A stretch of DNA of 43,057 nucleotides from an uncultured Methanomicrobiales archaeon. GTDB lineage: Archaea; Halobacteriota; Methanomicrobia; Methanomicrobiales; Methanocorpusculaceae. Below, one piece after another: positions 9,428 to 19,150 of this stretch (the first letter of the stretch is position 1; each line of letters starts with the position of its first letter). The stretch lies in NCBI GenBank assembly GCA_964483485.1, contig CAZABQ010000001.1, forward strand, positions 1-43,057. The letters run 5' to 3'. The notes beneath the pieces are model-generated. The model saw nothing but the letters and a program-made list of their open reading frames with translations. It did no database searches and was not told the DNA's origin. Made by a program: the position numbers and the translations under genes.

Positions 9428-9790
9428 TTAGTTCCTCAGATTCACATACGTCACCTCGAATGACACGATACGGGTGTAAAGTGTCGGCGACGTTGTTTCG
9501 GCTCGTTGGGGTATCGTTGACATATGTCGAATGTCGTCAATGCCCTCACAACCCCATCCGTCGAGTGCTTCACGCACTTGTTCTGATAATATCAGAGACT
9601 CCACGTCCGAGTTCGCGATGCACGCAGCGGTGAACGTCATCTTCCAGATTCCTTCCCACACATTGCCAATCACAGCAGTGTCGCTCAAGACGACAACTGG
9701 TGGTTTTTTGATCGGAGTAATTGATATGGCAATGATAACATCAGCGGTGCCAAGTGACCTCAGTCTCTGTTTTATTGTCTCCAAAATCAC
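9428..9790 (-). CDS. Tail terminator / tail completion protein
   Basis: 120 aa immediately upstream of the tail tube; PVVVL..EQVREALDGW..SFEVTY pattern. Confidence 0.7.
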   Translation of the reverse strand: MILETIKQRLRSLGTADVIIAISITPIKKPPVVVLSDTAVIGNVWEGIWKMTFTAACIANSDVESLILSEQVREALDGWGCEGIDDIRHMSTIPQRAETTSPTLYTRIVSFEVTYVNLRN

Positions 9791-10194
9791 GATTTATCCC
9801 TCAAGACGGATTTGACTTGTTCAACAATCTTCCTCCGAACGATGTCCTTCTTGCTCTGAAAAGCAGGCGTCAGGGATGGACGCGGAGGAATAACCGCAGT
9901 CCCGCCCCTACCAAACGCATTTGGAACAACACCGCCGAGTTCATGAATTGGAAAATACGAGAGGTTCGAACCAGTTGTGGCAACAACGACACCAGCCTCT
10001 GGTTTTTCGGATTCGGTCGTAATGGAACGTCCAGCATTGCCCGTCTGCCGATCCAGATGGTCTGGATGACCAAGGTAGATTATCCGCTTGGCTTCGGATT
10101 CAACATGGAGCATACCTGCTTCTACAATGTCGGGCATCTGCTCGTCCAGTTGTTTCAGGGTTTTTTCGAACCAGCTCTCGTTCTTGCGATTCAT
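9787..10194 (-). CDS. HK97 gp10-like neck / tail-completion protein
   Basis: TGNAGRSI..GSNLSYFPIHELGG..IPPRPSLTPAF motif set. Confidence 0.8.
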   Translation of the reverse strand: MNRKNESWFEKTLKQLDEQMPDIVEAGMLHVESEAKRIIYLGHPDHLDRQTGNAGRSITTESEKPEAGVVVATTGSNLSYFPIHELGGVVPNAFGRGGTAVIPPRPSLTPAFQSKKDIVRRKIVEQVKSVLRDKS

Positions 10195-10478
10195 AGGAAG
10201 ATTTTATCAATGGGTATTCCAAGCATCACCATGATGATGACTATCAGCCCGACTACGAGGATGAACAGGTGTTTGGGAGACAAGACATATCCGTCAACCC
10301 GCGTGTGTTCGCTGAGTTTGATTTCAATTCTCGCGACTGCTTCGCGTGTGTCAGCGAGCCGTTCGTCGATATCCGAAATCTTCTCCTTGAGGTCAGCAAT
10401 GTCTTCCTTCATGGCGTTGATCTTTTCACCTTGAGCAGCGAACTCGGATTTCATGGCAAAGGCTTCCACGGGCATCAC
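10191..10478 (-). CDS. Coiled-coil protein with one C-terminal TM helix (holin/XhlA-like?)
   Basis: Heptad region, then LFILVVGLIVIIMVMLGI; overlaps both neighbours by 4 nt. Confidence 0.6.
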   Translation of the reverse strand: MMPVEAFAMKSEFAAQGEKINAMKEDIADLKEKISDIDERLADTREAVARIEIKLSEHTRVDGYVLSPKHLFILVVGLIVIIMVMLGIPIDKIFL

Positions 10479-10849
10479 TGCTCAACCCTCACAACACCAA
10501 ATTCCACGTGATGCGGAGACCGGCGAGCGGGAATAACTCGCGGAGGGTTCTTCATTTCAAACGTTTCGACACAATTAGTCAATGATGCAGCGAGACGAAC
10601 TGGAGTAGTCATTTGCATGTGACCGTCGTCCTCAACCGAAATGAGTTCAACATACCTCAAATCAGCGAAGACAATGTAGTCAACGCGTTCCACGTTAGCC
10701 CCGGTGGCAATCTGCGTCAAAGAGGTGTTGGGTTGTGTGAAACGGCATTTTACCGTCCCAATCTCTTCCCATGTGACGACTTCTCTACCCATATGTTCGG
10801 AGGTGACGGGTAGATAGACAGTGGCCATCTGGTTCAACAATCCGTTCAT
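10475..10849 (-). CDS. Head-closure (stopper) protein
   Basis: LNQMATVY..GREVVTWEEIGTVKCR..HHVE pattern; position. Confidence 0.72.
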   Translation of the reverse strand: MNGLLNQMATVYLPVTSEHMGREVVTWEEIGTVKCRFTQPNTSLTQIATGANVERVDYIVFADLRYVELISVEDDGHMQMTTPVRLAASLTNCVETFEMKNPPRVIPARRSPHHVEFGVVRVEQ

Positions 10850-11223
10850 TTCATCAACCTCCCACCGAGTTTCAAAAATTCGTAATCGACACGTTTAGAG
10901 CTGTTTCGACCTCCAGTCGAAGCAAAGGGGGGTAATGGCAGCAAAGCACGATACCTGTCGACCCAAATGGACAGCCCGGAAACGGAGCTTGCCTTGCTGT
11001 AGGAATACCCGCCAATGCTTTCGGATTGATACTCTGAATCTTCGCTTGCTCCAGAGGCGTATGAGGCAATGAGGTAGCAGAGTGCCTGTGTTCTTCTCGG
11101 TTCGGTGAGGGAGCCCCCTCCGTCCTCTGCCAGTTGTAATTCAGCGGCTGGGAGATAGGAGGAAAGAGCCGTCTCGGTGACGGATAGTCCCGTCCAACTT
11201 TCGACATCGCTCACTGATACCAT
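10846..11223 (-). CDS. Head-tail adaptor protein
   Basis: VSVSDV start, QSESIGGYSYS motif; follows the capsid gene. Confidence 0.78.
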   Translation of the reverse strand: MVSVSDVESWTGLSVTETALSSYLPAAELQLAEDGGGSLTEPRRTQALCYLIASYASGASEDSEYQSESIGGYSYSKASSVSGLSIWVDRYRALLPLPPFASTGGRNSSKRVDYEFLKLGGRLMK

Positions 11224-11234
11224 TGAGCATCACC

Positions 11235-12185
11235 TCACGACACAGACAAGCCTGTAATCTTACAGGATGCGTCAGTCTTGCCCGATGCGTTGGTCCGCTT
11301 GAAATACGGGCGAATCAGTGAGTAGACCACTCCCTCCAGCGGCGAAAGGCTTGGATACTTCGGGTTTGCGAACTCGACGCGATAGTCAACCGGGTTTTCG
11401 AACTGGAAGTGCTCGCGGCTCGCGTCGACTGGCAAGACAAGAGCACCGTCTTTTGCGTTGCTCGTTCCGTTGTTCTTTGCAATCAAGTTGGATACGAGAA
11501 TCTGCCCGCCGTTGAGAAGTTCGTTGAGCAGTGCATACTCGCGGATACCCGATGCGGAATAGATATTGGCCTTCAATGCGGAGTTGATTGATGATGGCAG
11601 AACGACGTTGTAAGCATCGTTATCGCCGAAGACATCATCATCATTCAGTTTGCCGATTGCATCAGCGACATAGCCGTAGAGATCGCCGACTGTGCTGACT
11701 GACCCGCCTGCAACGGAGTTGTTCGCAGCTTCCCAGAAGCCGGGAATCTCATACTTAGTTCCGTTTGGAGCCCAACCGACGATGATGGTTGCTTCCTCCT
11801 TCTTGGAGACCTGATACGTAGCTGCCTGAGCAGTGATGGAATCAATCGAGTTTTCCTGACCCGGAGATACTTTGCGGTTTTCCCATGCAAGAACTTCTGA
11901 TTTCTGAATCTGGAACTCTTTGTGGAGAACTGGAATTTTGATGATATCAGCAGTGGAGGTCAGAGAGTCTTTGTGGCTACTTCCATCCGGCAGTTCGTAC
12001 GAGATGAACGCATCGGACATCTCACCGATGGAGAAAATCTCAAGGGACGTGATTCCGTCACCGTTTACTTTCGGGTCGATAGTCGCGAGTCTGCGCCCAA
12101 TGAGCTTCGTCCGCAACGGCTTGGTAATCTCATCGTGGATTTGGGTTGCAAATCTTGAGTATGGTGTTTCATTAATCTGTGGCAT
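11235..12185 (-). CDS. Major capsid protein, HK97 fold, encapsulin/linocin M18-like
   Basis: LIGRRL, IPVLHKEFQI..EVLAW, AATYQVSKKEEATIIVG, AIGKL..YNVVL motifs; position after protease and decoration genes. Confidence 0.88.
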   Translation of the reverse strand: MPQINETPYSRFATQIHDEITKPLRTKLIGRRLATIDPKVNGDGITSLEIFSIGEMSDAFISYELPDGSSHKDSLTSTADIIKIPVLHKEFQIQKSEVLAWENRKVSPGQENSIDSITAQAATYQVSKKEEATIIVGWAPNGTKYEIPGFWEAANNSVAGGSVSTVGDLYGYVADAIGKLNDDDVFGDNDAYNVVLPSSINSALKANIYSASGIREYALLNELLNGGQILVSNLIAKNNGTSNAKDGALVLPVDASREHFQFENPVDYRVEFANPKYPSLSPLEGVVYSLIRPYFKRTNASGKTDASCKITGLSVS

Positions 12186-12194
12186 CTTATCACC

Positions 12195-12722
12195 TCAGAT
12201 AAGCGAGAGGACATGAAGCCTCACGACACCCGCTGCGGTTGAATTGGCAGGGATGGATTTGTATTCCTGAGCGATTGCGACGATTCTGTCAGCCTGTGTG
12301 AGGGTGACAGTGTATGGGGAACTTTCGCTCTGTTCCACTGAAGCACCAGAGGCGATTTTGAGTGTTCCATCACCGTTATCCGCCATTGGCGTTCCGGGAT
12401 AAATCACAACCTCAGCGGTGGTCGAGCCGGTTGTGAGAGCGTAAATCTCAAAGCTGCCACCTGCAACGATCGAAGCAACATCACCGGAGGCATACTCCGT
12501 GTCAAGAGTGTCCGGACGAGTTTCGAGAGGACTACGCTCATATCCGAGCCAACCGTAGGGGCTACCGGAACCATCGCTCTTCTTGCAGGTGTAATCGTTC
12601 GAATCGTAGACGACGAGCATGCCGGGCTTTGCAGCAGCCGACAGAACGCGTTCATACTTGCAAATCGGGTCGCCACGAGTGACAATGAGTCCGTTCGGGG
12701 CCGTGTGCTGATTATCTGCCAT
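12195..12722 (-). CDS. Capsid decoration/cement protein
   Basis: Lies between scaffold and capsid genes; KPGMLV..YASGDVASIV..GDGTL beta-rich pattern. Confidence 0.68.
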   Translation of the reverse strand: MADNQHTAPNGLIVTRGDPICKYERVLSAAAKPGMLVVYDSNDYTCKKSDGSGSPYGWLGYERSPLETRPDTLDTEYASGDVASIVAGGSFEIYALTTGSTTAEVVIYPGTPMADNGDGTLKIASGASVEQSESSPYTVTLTQADRIVAIAQEYKSIPANSTAAGVVRLHVLSLI

Positions 12723-12733
12723 TTTGTATCATC

Positions 12734-13825
12734 TCATGGTTTCTGGTTGTAATTCTGTGCATGCGGCGAGAGGTTTCCAAGCCCGCGCTGAACTGCCCTG
12801 CTCGTGTGAACAAACTGGTCTCCAACAGGGGATGTTTCCCCTCCAGTTGCCCGGGTGTTCAGAATTTTGACTGTCGTCCCGAGCGGATCTTTTTCGAACT
12901 CTGCACGAAGGGTGTTCCGCTGTTCGGGTGTCTTCGCCATACCCTCTGGCAGGTGCTGAACGAGGTCGTCGAACTTCCGATCATTTTCGGATGCACGGTA
13001 GCTCTGGAGCTCCTGCGATGACGTGTCAAGTTCTGCTTTGAGGGCTTCAACCTGACTTTCAAGCGATGCGATCTGATCCTTCAAAGCGGCGATTTCAGCG
13101 TCTTTCTGAGCAAGTTCGTCTGTGAGCGGTTGCCCTGCCTCAGTGGGGGTTTCAGAGTCGGCGTTTTTTTGAGGTGTGTTTGCCATAGGTAGTGTTTCCA
13201 TGTGGGGTTCAGTTGGTTCCTCGTCTGCCATGGGCATGTTGAATTCAGCGAACAACTGCTTCAGGCGAGAGTAGAATGACTTTAATTTTGGTTTTTCGTC
13301 TGTCATAGCATCTCCAAGGTCGGTATGGACGAGCGCTCCGGGGTCGCCCGGTTGGGCTTTATCCACGATTTCCCGAAAGAGCAGGACGTGATTTGGCTCC
13401 GGGGGTGAGGTGATTTTGTTACCATCGTGGTTCACTCGAAATCCGGTGCTGACGCCGAGTTCGCCTGATTGGTAGAGTTCTTCAGCCCTGTTGTCGGTGA
13501 TTTCAAGAGTGGCCATCAAACGGGGATGACCGTCAGTTTCGATGTGTGGCTTTCGGACATACCCGATGAATCGCCCACCAATCGAACTGGCGACTCCTTC
13601 AGGGTTTTTAGTCACTGCTTCAAAATCATCGGGGTGGATACCATCTTCCTGAATGAATACAGGAATGCCATCCCATTCATCGACGGACTTCTCAAACTGA
13701 TCTTTCACGAGGACGAGATTGTCCTTCCCTACCCGACGATTGAGCGTTTGTAGGGTCGTGTCTGCCCAGACAACACCCGGAGCAGGTGTTTCGGAATTAC
13801 CAAAAATCGTTGTTTGTTCATCCAT
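12734..13825 (-). CDS. Prohead protease / scaffold fusion
   Basis: WDGIPV..HP, GELGVSTGF, PNHVLL protease-like motifs and a C-terminal coiled coil; probable start ATG 13825 (MDEQTT); the ORF track extends to TTG 13957. Confidence 0.8.
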   Translation of the reverse strand: MDEQTTIFGNSETPAPGVVWADTTLQTLNRRVGKDNLVLVKDQFEKSVDEWDGIPVFIQEDGIHPDDFEAVTKNPEGVASSIGGRFIGYVRKPHIETDGHPRLMATLEITDNRAEELYQSGELGVSTGFRVNHDGNKITSPPEPNHVLLFREIVDKAQPGDPGALVHTDLGDAMTDEKPKLKSFYSRLKQLFAEFNMPMADEEPTEPHMETLPMANTPQKNADSETPTEAGQPLTDELAQKDAEIAALKDQIASLESQVEALKAELDTSSQELQSYRASENDRKFDDLVQHLPEGMAKTPEQRNTLRAEFEKDPLGTTVKILNTRATGGETSPVGDQFVHTSRAVQRGLGNLSPHAQNYNQKP

Positions 13826-13881
13826 GTGGTCTGGCACACCAATAATTGGATGCGAACACAAATACCCAAATAACCCCCTGC

Positions 13882-13907
13882 AAGGTTGGAAAGGTTGGAA
13901 AGGTTGG
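13882..13907. repeat. Three tandem copies of AAGGTTGGA
   Basis: aaggttgga aaggttgga aaggttgg in the probable intergenic gap upstream of the protease gene. Confidence 0.9.
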
Positions 13908-14034
13908 TTAAGTTCCCCAAGCGATCCACCCAAATCCATAGCGAGAGTGTGTTCCAATCAGTGCTCGCGTGTGTTTGCATGTTACGTTCAAACCACTGAG
14001 ATTGAACGTTTATCCGCGTGCAAAACAAGGGTTC

Positions 14035-15057
14035 TCACAGGTGTTCATAACCACTGTAAAGTGTTTGTATGTGCTGTTTCAAGCGGATACACCGCAACCA
14101 CAGCTCAAATTCAACCACGCTGACCTCAAGAAACAGATGTTCCAGAAGATGAACGTCGATATCACGACGGGCTCGATAGAGACAGGTATACATCCAGTCG
14201 CGAAGGGCATTCTGTAATGGTAACGAGTCAGGGACATGCTTTGCAACACAAACCATGAAGTATCCGATATCCTCACCCAACAGAACGTTCGCCCTTGCCC
14301 CCAGACGGAATTCGCCGTGATCGTTGAAATAGACACGACGTGTCTCATGAAAACGCAGGCGAACGAGGTTTCGCTTCGAGAACTCAGAACCAGTTATGCC
14401 CAGCTTCCGTCGAACGCGGTAGGTGTAGAGGCGTTCTGTTGTCAACGCGACGTCTCGGCACTCGTAGAGTATCTTGAACATCACCGCATCGTCCTCGTGG
14501 ATACAACCTACGGGGAACCTCACTCCGTCGAAAATACTCCGGTGGTAGAGTTTGTTCCAGACGACGACGGTTCGAATCGCGTGTTTCCGAACAAAGAAGT
14601 CGCGGCAGACTTCAAAGCCGTGCTTACGAACGATGCATGTCTTCTGCGAATTTGGATGCTGTTTCTGTTGGTAGGATTCAACGTCACTTCGAATGGTGTC
14701 GTAGTTGCACATCGAAATGCCTTGATTCACGACACACATCTGATGGAGGCGTTCGATGAAATTCGGCTGAACGTAGTCATCTGGGTCAACGAAGGAGATG
14801 TATTCTCCTTTCGCTTCATCCAACCCAGTATTCCGGGCGAACGAGACACCGTTCGCAGGCTGTTCGATAATCCGAATTTTGGAACTCTCATTTGCCAAGC
14901 GCCGACAGACGCAAATTGACTCATCGGACGATTCCGATACAATGCAGATGATTTCGATGTTCTCATACGTCTGGTTAAGGAGCGAGCAGAGGCACGTCTC
15001 GACATACGGCTCAACGTTGAAGACGGGCACGATGATACTCACGAGATCAGACGTCAA
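14035..15057 (-). CDS. Family 2 glycosyltransferase within the head module
   Basis: VSIIVPVFN..NQTYENIEI, ARNTGL, FVDPDD, VWNKLY, HEDD; likely TTG start 15057/15060 after AGGTGA (the ORF track extends to 15132). Confidence 0.92.
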   Translation of the reverse strand: MTSDLVSIIVPVFNVEPYVETCLCSLLNQTYENIEIICIVSESSDESICVCRRLANESSKIRIIEQPANGVSFARNTGLDEAKGEYISFVDPDDYVQPNFIERLHQMCVVNQGISMCNYDTIRSDVESYQQKQHPNSQKTCIVRKHGFEVCRDFFVRKHAIRTVVVWNKLYHRSIFDGVRFPVGCIHEDDAVMFKILYECRDVALTTERLYTYRVRRKLGITGSEFSKRNLVRLRFHETRRVYFNDHGEFRLGARANVLLGEDIGYFMVCVAKHVPDSLPLQNALRDWMYTCLYRARRDIDVHLLEHLFLEVSVVEFELWLRCIRLKQHIQTLYSGYEHL

Positions 15058-15745
15058 CAACTTCACCTTTTTCTGGGAAATATGGTCGATAATCGCATCT
15101 ACAATTCGGATGTATGGGAATATGCGGCTCACTGCCGAGCTTGTATTTCCGTCCGATGAGTTCCATGCAGGCGTCGCAGGCGTCGGGTGCCCCTAAGAAC
15201 TCCACGTATTCTACGCCTGCACGTGCATACCGGGTAGATTCGCCTTCGTAGTAGCAGCGGGCTGTTTCGGAACGAGCGACAGTTGACGCTTCGCTCTTCT
15301 TCGTGTCGAAATATCTATGAAGTTCCTCAGCGATTGAGCCTTCTGGATACTTCCCATTCTTGCCGATACGGACACCAGCTGCCTTTCCTTCTGCAATTCC
15401 GCGTTCGATAATCGACGCGATGTCATTGCGAGTGTCAGCGGATTTTGTGGTAAGCCACGGATACTCGGTATCAACAGTGTAGCCAATCACCTTGCCGGAT
15501 GAGTCCAACACTTCTTTGGTGATTGTGATGGTTCCTGTGTCCGTGAGCTTCTTCTTGTAGGTCTTTGCGTATTCCAGTGCCTCTTTTTGAAGCACATCAA
15601 AGCCAACACCCATTTTGAGAAAACCTGTGGCGTGAAATGATCCACTGGAATACGCCGTCGCAGCCGCTTCGGACATGGACAGTATCATTGATTTCAGCCA
15701 CTTGTCGACCGCGATTTGAATTATCTCACGTGTCTTCGACTTCAT
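15047..15745 (-). CDS. Minor head protein (SPP1 gp7 / Mu gpF-like)
   Basis: ARSETAR, CDAC, PIHPNCRC; follows the portal gene. Confidence 0.9.
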   Translation of the reverse strand: MKSKTREIIQIAVDKWLKSMILSMSEAAATAYSSGSFHATGFLKMGVGFDVLQKEALEYAKTYKKKLTDTGTITITKEVLDSSGKVIGYTVDTEYPWLTTKSADTRNDIASIIERGIAEGKAAGVRIGKNGKYPEGSIAEELHRYFDTKKSEASTVARSETARCYYEGESTRYARAGVEYVEFLGAPDACDACMELIGRKYKLGSEPHIPIHPNCRCDYRPYFPEKGEVVDV

Positions 15746-17217
15746 TTACCCAACTCGCTTTGTTCCAGTTCGCTCCGTATCGCGGAGTGTATCAGGTGTT
15801 CCAGTTCATCCGTGGCGTCATTGATTTGCAACTCACATTCCTCAGCCGCCGCCTGACGCTTTCGATAACTACTCCGGTTAGGTTTGCTGTGGAAGAGGAA
15901 ACCTGGCTGACCACTCGTGCCCGGAGATGGGGGTGATGGGGTGTTCGGGCTCACCAGATTCCATTCCTGAACGATATTGGCCAACTCGTCGTCGCCCAAC
16001 CCTTCGCGTCCGAGCAGTTCACGAACCTCGTTCACAGTGAGGGTATGAGTGTTCGCTCCGAGCTGAGCCTGCTGGAGTTTCATGCTCTGATCTTCAACGA
16101 CCGAATGTGGGATGCGGACGTCAGCGTAGTAGGTGGCAGGGTATCCGTTGTGCTTGAGGTAATAGTTTGGTATCGCAGCCAGTGATGTTTCCAACAGGGC
16201 AATCCAGCCTTGAATTGAGTTGTTGAGCAAGCGGAGTGATGCATCAGAGTTTCCAGAGATAAGAGCGCCATCTTTTCCCAACATTCCATTGGGATTGAGG
16301 TAGTCGCGGATAGTGTTTTGGGCGAAGTCAATCGCTCTTACTGCGAGCGTGCCCTCCTTCACATCGATGTTGATGAGTTCAAAATTATCGCGAAGCGGGA
16401 ACACCGTGTCCTTGCCCCAGTTCTCCATGAACTCCCGTGCGTAGTCGACATCGCTCGGAATTTTCTCTCCGTTGACGATGCGCTCAGGGCGGGGATTGGA
16501 GATTTTGATGAAAATGATCGGCGCGCCCGTCCGATACATCTGCTGACCCAGAGCATTCCACGAGTAATTGATGAACTCGATGATCGGAGCGATTGGATAG
16601 ATGACAGAGTCGCCGTCAGGGTGGTCGCAGGCGGAATCGCGAATCACGAGCAAGTCTCGTTCCGGGATTTCGAACGGCGAACCAGAGTCTTGACGGTGGT
16701 AGTAGTGAACTGTCCGGTCAGTCCGGTCGTAGACGATACCTTGTAGGATTCGTCCGTATGACTTCCCTGTTGCTCCACCAGTGGGGCGGGCTGACAGATT
16801 GAAGGGGTGAATACGATTGAGCGCGGAGCAAGCCAACCGTCCACTCTTATCCCGCTGCCAGACCCAGTTGTAGACGCTGATGCCCCAATTCATGAGATCA
16901 TGCATGGCAGAACGGCTGATAGCCGACAGGGAACATCCGGGGCGACTGAACATGGCATTCAATTCGCGGGACAATTCCTCCACTGGGTCACCGTTTTCAT
17001 CGTAGACTTCTATTGTGGGTGTTCCGGCGATGACGAGATTGGTTGTCTGCGTTACCGGGCCGACGACGTAGAGGTTATTCGTCAATTCGTAGATTGACTC
17101 CGCGTCGATTTTGCTGACGTGGTAGGGTTCAACGGCGGACGACACAAAGGTGTATCCTGTCTGTGACGTCATACCAGCGATTACTGGGTTTGGGGTTTGA
17201 GGGGTGTTCTGGTTCAT
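15742..17217 (-). CDS. Portal protein
   Basis: 491 aa after TerL; DLMNWGIS..LNRIHP and LTVNEVRELLG motifs. Confidence 0.88.
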   Translation of the reverse strand: MNQNTPQTPNPVIAGMTSQTGYTFVSSAVEPYHVSKIDAESIYELTNNLYVVGPVTQTTNLVIAGTPTIEVYDENGDPVEELSRELNAMFSRPGCSLSAISRSAMHDLMNWGISVYNWVWQRDKSGRLACSALNRIHPFNLSARPTGGATGKSYGRILQGIVYDRTDRTVHYYHRQDSGSPFEIPERDLLVIRDSACDHPDGDSVIYPIAPIIEFINYSWNALGQQMYRTGAPIIFIKISNPRPERIVNGEKIPSDVDYAREFMENWGKDTVFPLRDNFELINIDVKEGTLAVRAIDFAQNTIRDYLNPNGMLGKDGALISGNSDASLRLLNNSIQGWIALLETSLAAIPNYYLKHNGYPATYYADVRIPHSVVEDQSMKLQQAQLGANTHTLTVNEVRELLGREGLGDDELANIVQEWNLVSPNTPSPPSPGTSGQPGFLFHSKPNRSSYRKRQAAAEECELQINDATDELEHLIHSAIRSELEQSELGK

Positions 17218-18611
17218 GGCCTATTGCCTCGTCCGAATATTGGCGGGCGGTTTGAGTTACTAAATCTGATGTTCGGTTTCCGAGTACTCGCGCTTTTCGA
17301 GGTCAGGATCGGCGATACAAGGGTGTTCCCAGTCTGACCGTCCATCATGGATGAGATGGCCCAAACAAGAGCGTCCATGCGGTCAGGAGATCTGTCATTG
17401 GGCGTCCAGACTGTCAACTGGCGTTCAAGCTCATGATGCCTCCCGACATGATGGACACGCCCCATCTCATACAGGGCCGCAACTGGCTCCGCCCGGACGA
17501 CTTTGCCCCGTGTTGCACGGACGCCCTCGTAGGGCAAGTCCGGAGCGATGTTTCGGAGGTTTACTTCCACCAAATCGCCGCCTTGGTTGACCTCTGCGAC
17601 CACCCTGTCCGCCTGCCAGCGGTTGAAAGCGGCGACGACAGACTCGCCCCACGTCTTCGGAGAAGCGACAAGGGAGCAGTCATCGAGAACATAGAAGTGC
17701 CCATCGTAACTGACGCCGACTACCACAATACCCGTCATGTCGCTTGTTGCCCCAGATGTGACGGCAGGGTCAACTCCGACGACGATACGCCTCAACTCCG
17801 GTGCGGTTGAGACACGGTAAGCGTCGATCATGTCGCGAGTCCACAGAGCACCATCTATCTCTGCAGCCCTGTGACCTCGGTAAACGTGCAGATAGTTTTC
17901 GTAGTTCTCGCGTCGCATCGAGTAGATCATCGCCAGATACTCCAGCGGAATGTTATCGATATTGTCTTCGTAGGTGGTGTGAATATACCGCCCGTAGACG
18001 TTGACACCCAACTCGTCCGACCGATGAAGAACTATCTGACCGTTGAACTCTTCTGGTATATCGTGAGGGGTGTAGAAACGGTCAAAAAGCCAGTGCTCGC
18101 CCGGAGGTTTGTTGAAAATCAGGATGATACGGTTCTGGATTCCGGCTTTACGGAAGGATCGATCGATGTCGTCAAACGTCCGCTCATTTGGAATTTCATC
18201 TGCTTCGTCGATAATCCACACAGTCGCAGCGTTCAGCGATTTCAGGTTCGCAGTCTGGTTACCGCTACTGGTCTTGATACCGCTGAAGATAATCGACGAC
18301 CCTGTTTTCCGGTGAGTAATCGAACTTCTTGACGTGATGAACTCGTCCTCCAATCCGAGCAGACGGACTTTTTCCATGAACTCCGGGATAATGGACTTCT
18401 CCGCAGAGACGAGGGTATATCTCGTGTAGAGGATTCTATGCCCTACATCGCATAGCAGACCGATAATTAACAGGGCTATGGTGAAGGATTTCGCGGAGTT
18501 CCGCCCGCCGGTGATGAAGAAGTATCGGCTTTCTGTGTCTTCCAGTATCGGCAGATACTTCGGCGAGACTGTCACCGTTGGCGTGTCCGAAGGGGCGAAT
18601 GCTTCACTCAT
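17214..18611 (-). CDS. terL: Terminase large subunit
   Basis: Walker A GGRNSAKS, Walker B WIIDEADE, nuclease VVGVDPA and DRMDALVWA. Confidence 0.96.
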   Translation of the reverse strand: MSEAFAPSDTPTVTVSPKYLPILEDTESRYFFITGGRNSAKSFTIALLIIGLLCDVGHRILYTRYTLVSAEKSIIPEFMEKVRLLGLEDEFITSRSSITHRKTGSSIIFSGIKTSSGNQTANLKSLNAATVWIIDEADEIPNERTFDDIDRSFRKAGIQNRIILIFNKPPGEHWLFDRFYTPHDIPEEFNGQIVLHRSDELGVNVYGRYIHTTYEDNIDNIPLEYLAMIYSMRRENYENYLHVYRGHRAAEIDGALWTRDMIDAYRVSTAPELRRIVVGVDPAVTSGATSDMTGIVVVGVSYDGHFYVLDDCSLVASPKTWGESVVAAFNRWQADRVVAEVNQGGDLVEVNLRNIAPDLPYEGVRATRGKVVRAEPVAALYEMGRVHHVGRHHELERQLTVWTPNDRSPDRMDALVWAISSMMDGQTGNTLVSPILTSKSASTRKPNIRFSNSNRPPIFGRGNRP

Positions 18612-19140
18612 CCTGTTTCTCCTGTGGGGTTACGTCGACAATGCGACTCCGGGATTTTGGTTCTGCGAACATGATAATCGGGCGAATTGGTTCACCTTCT
18701 GATACGACGTCGATGTCGCGTCTTTCTTTCCACTCATCAGACCGCAGGTTCTTGAGGATGAACATTGCTGCTTGGACGTTTGGCGGCTCTCGGCGGAGGG
18801 TTACTTCTGTCACAACCGTTCCGTCGGGTCGGGTAGTCGTCTTCTGCGTTTTTGAGACTGCCCCACGAGCTGCCTCAAACAGTCCTTCCAGACTGCGGTC
18901 GACTGCAACCTGACGAGCGGACTGATACGCCGTTTCGAACTCCGGGTGTTCAATCCGCCATTTGTAGACTGCTCGTTCAGTGCATCCAATAAACTCAGCA
19001 ATCTGACGGGGTGTGGCTCGGAAGTCTGCGTCGGATTCTGCCAATGCAACAATCAGGTCACAATACTCAGGCCGCCACGGAGTCCGCTCCCGCTTCTGGA
19101 TATGAGTTCGTAACTCAACCAGAGCTGTAGGTTCGTCCAT
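18604..19140 (-). CDS. terS: Terminase small subunit
   Basis: HTH QIAEFIGCTERAVYKWRIEHPEF and PPNVQAAMFILKN..W; overlaps terL. Confidence 0.85.
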   Translation of the reverse strand: MDEPTALVELRTHIQKRERTPWRPEYCDLIVALAESDADFRATPRQIAEFIGCTERAVYKWRIEHPEFETAYQSARQVAVDRSLEGLFEAARGAVSKTQKTTTRPDGTVVTEVTLRREPPNVQAAMFILKNLRSDEWKERRDIDVVSEGEPIRPIIMFAEPKSRSRIVDVTPQEKQDE

Positions 19141-19150
19141 GTCGAGTTAT

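Noticed and set aside
11235-12185. Cellular encapsulin nanocompartment or bacteriocin
   Set aside because: Sits in a complete head operon with no cargo gene
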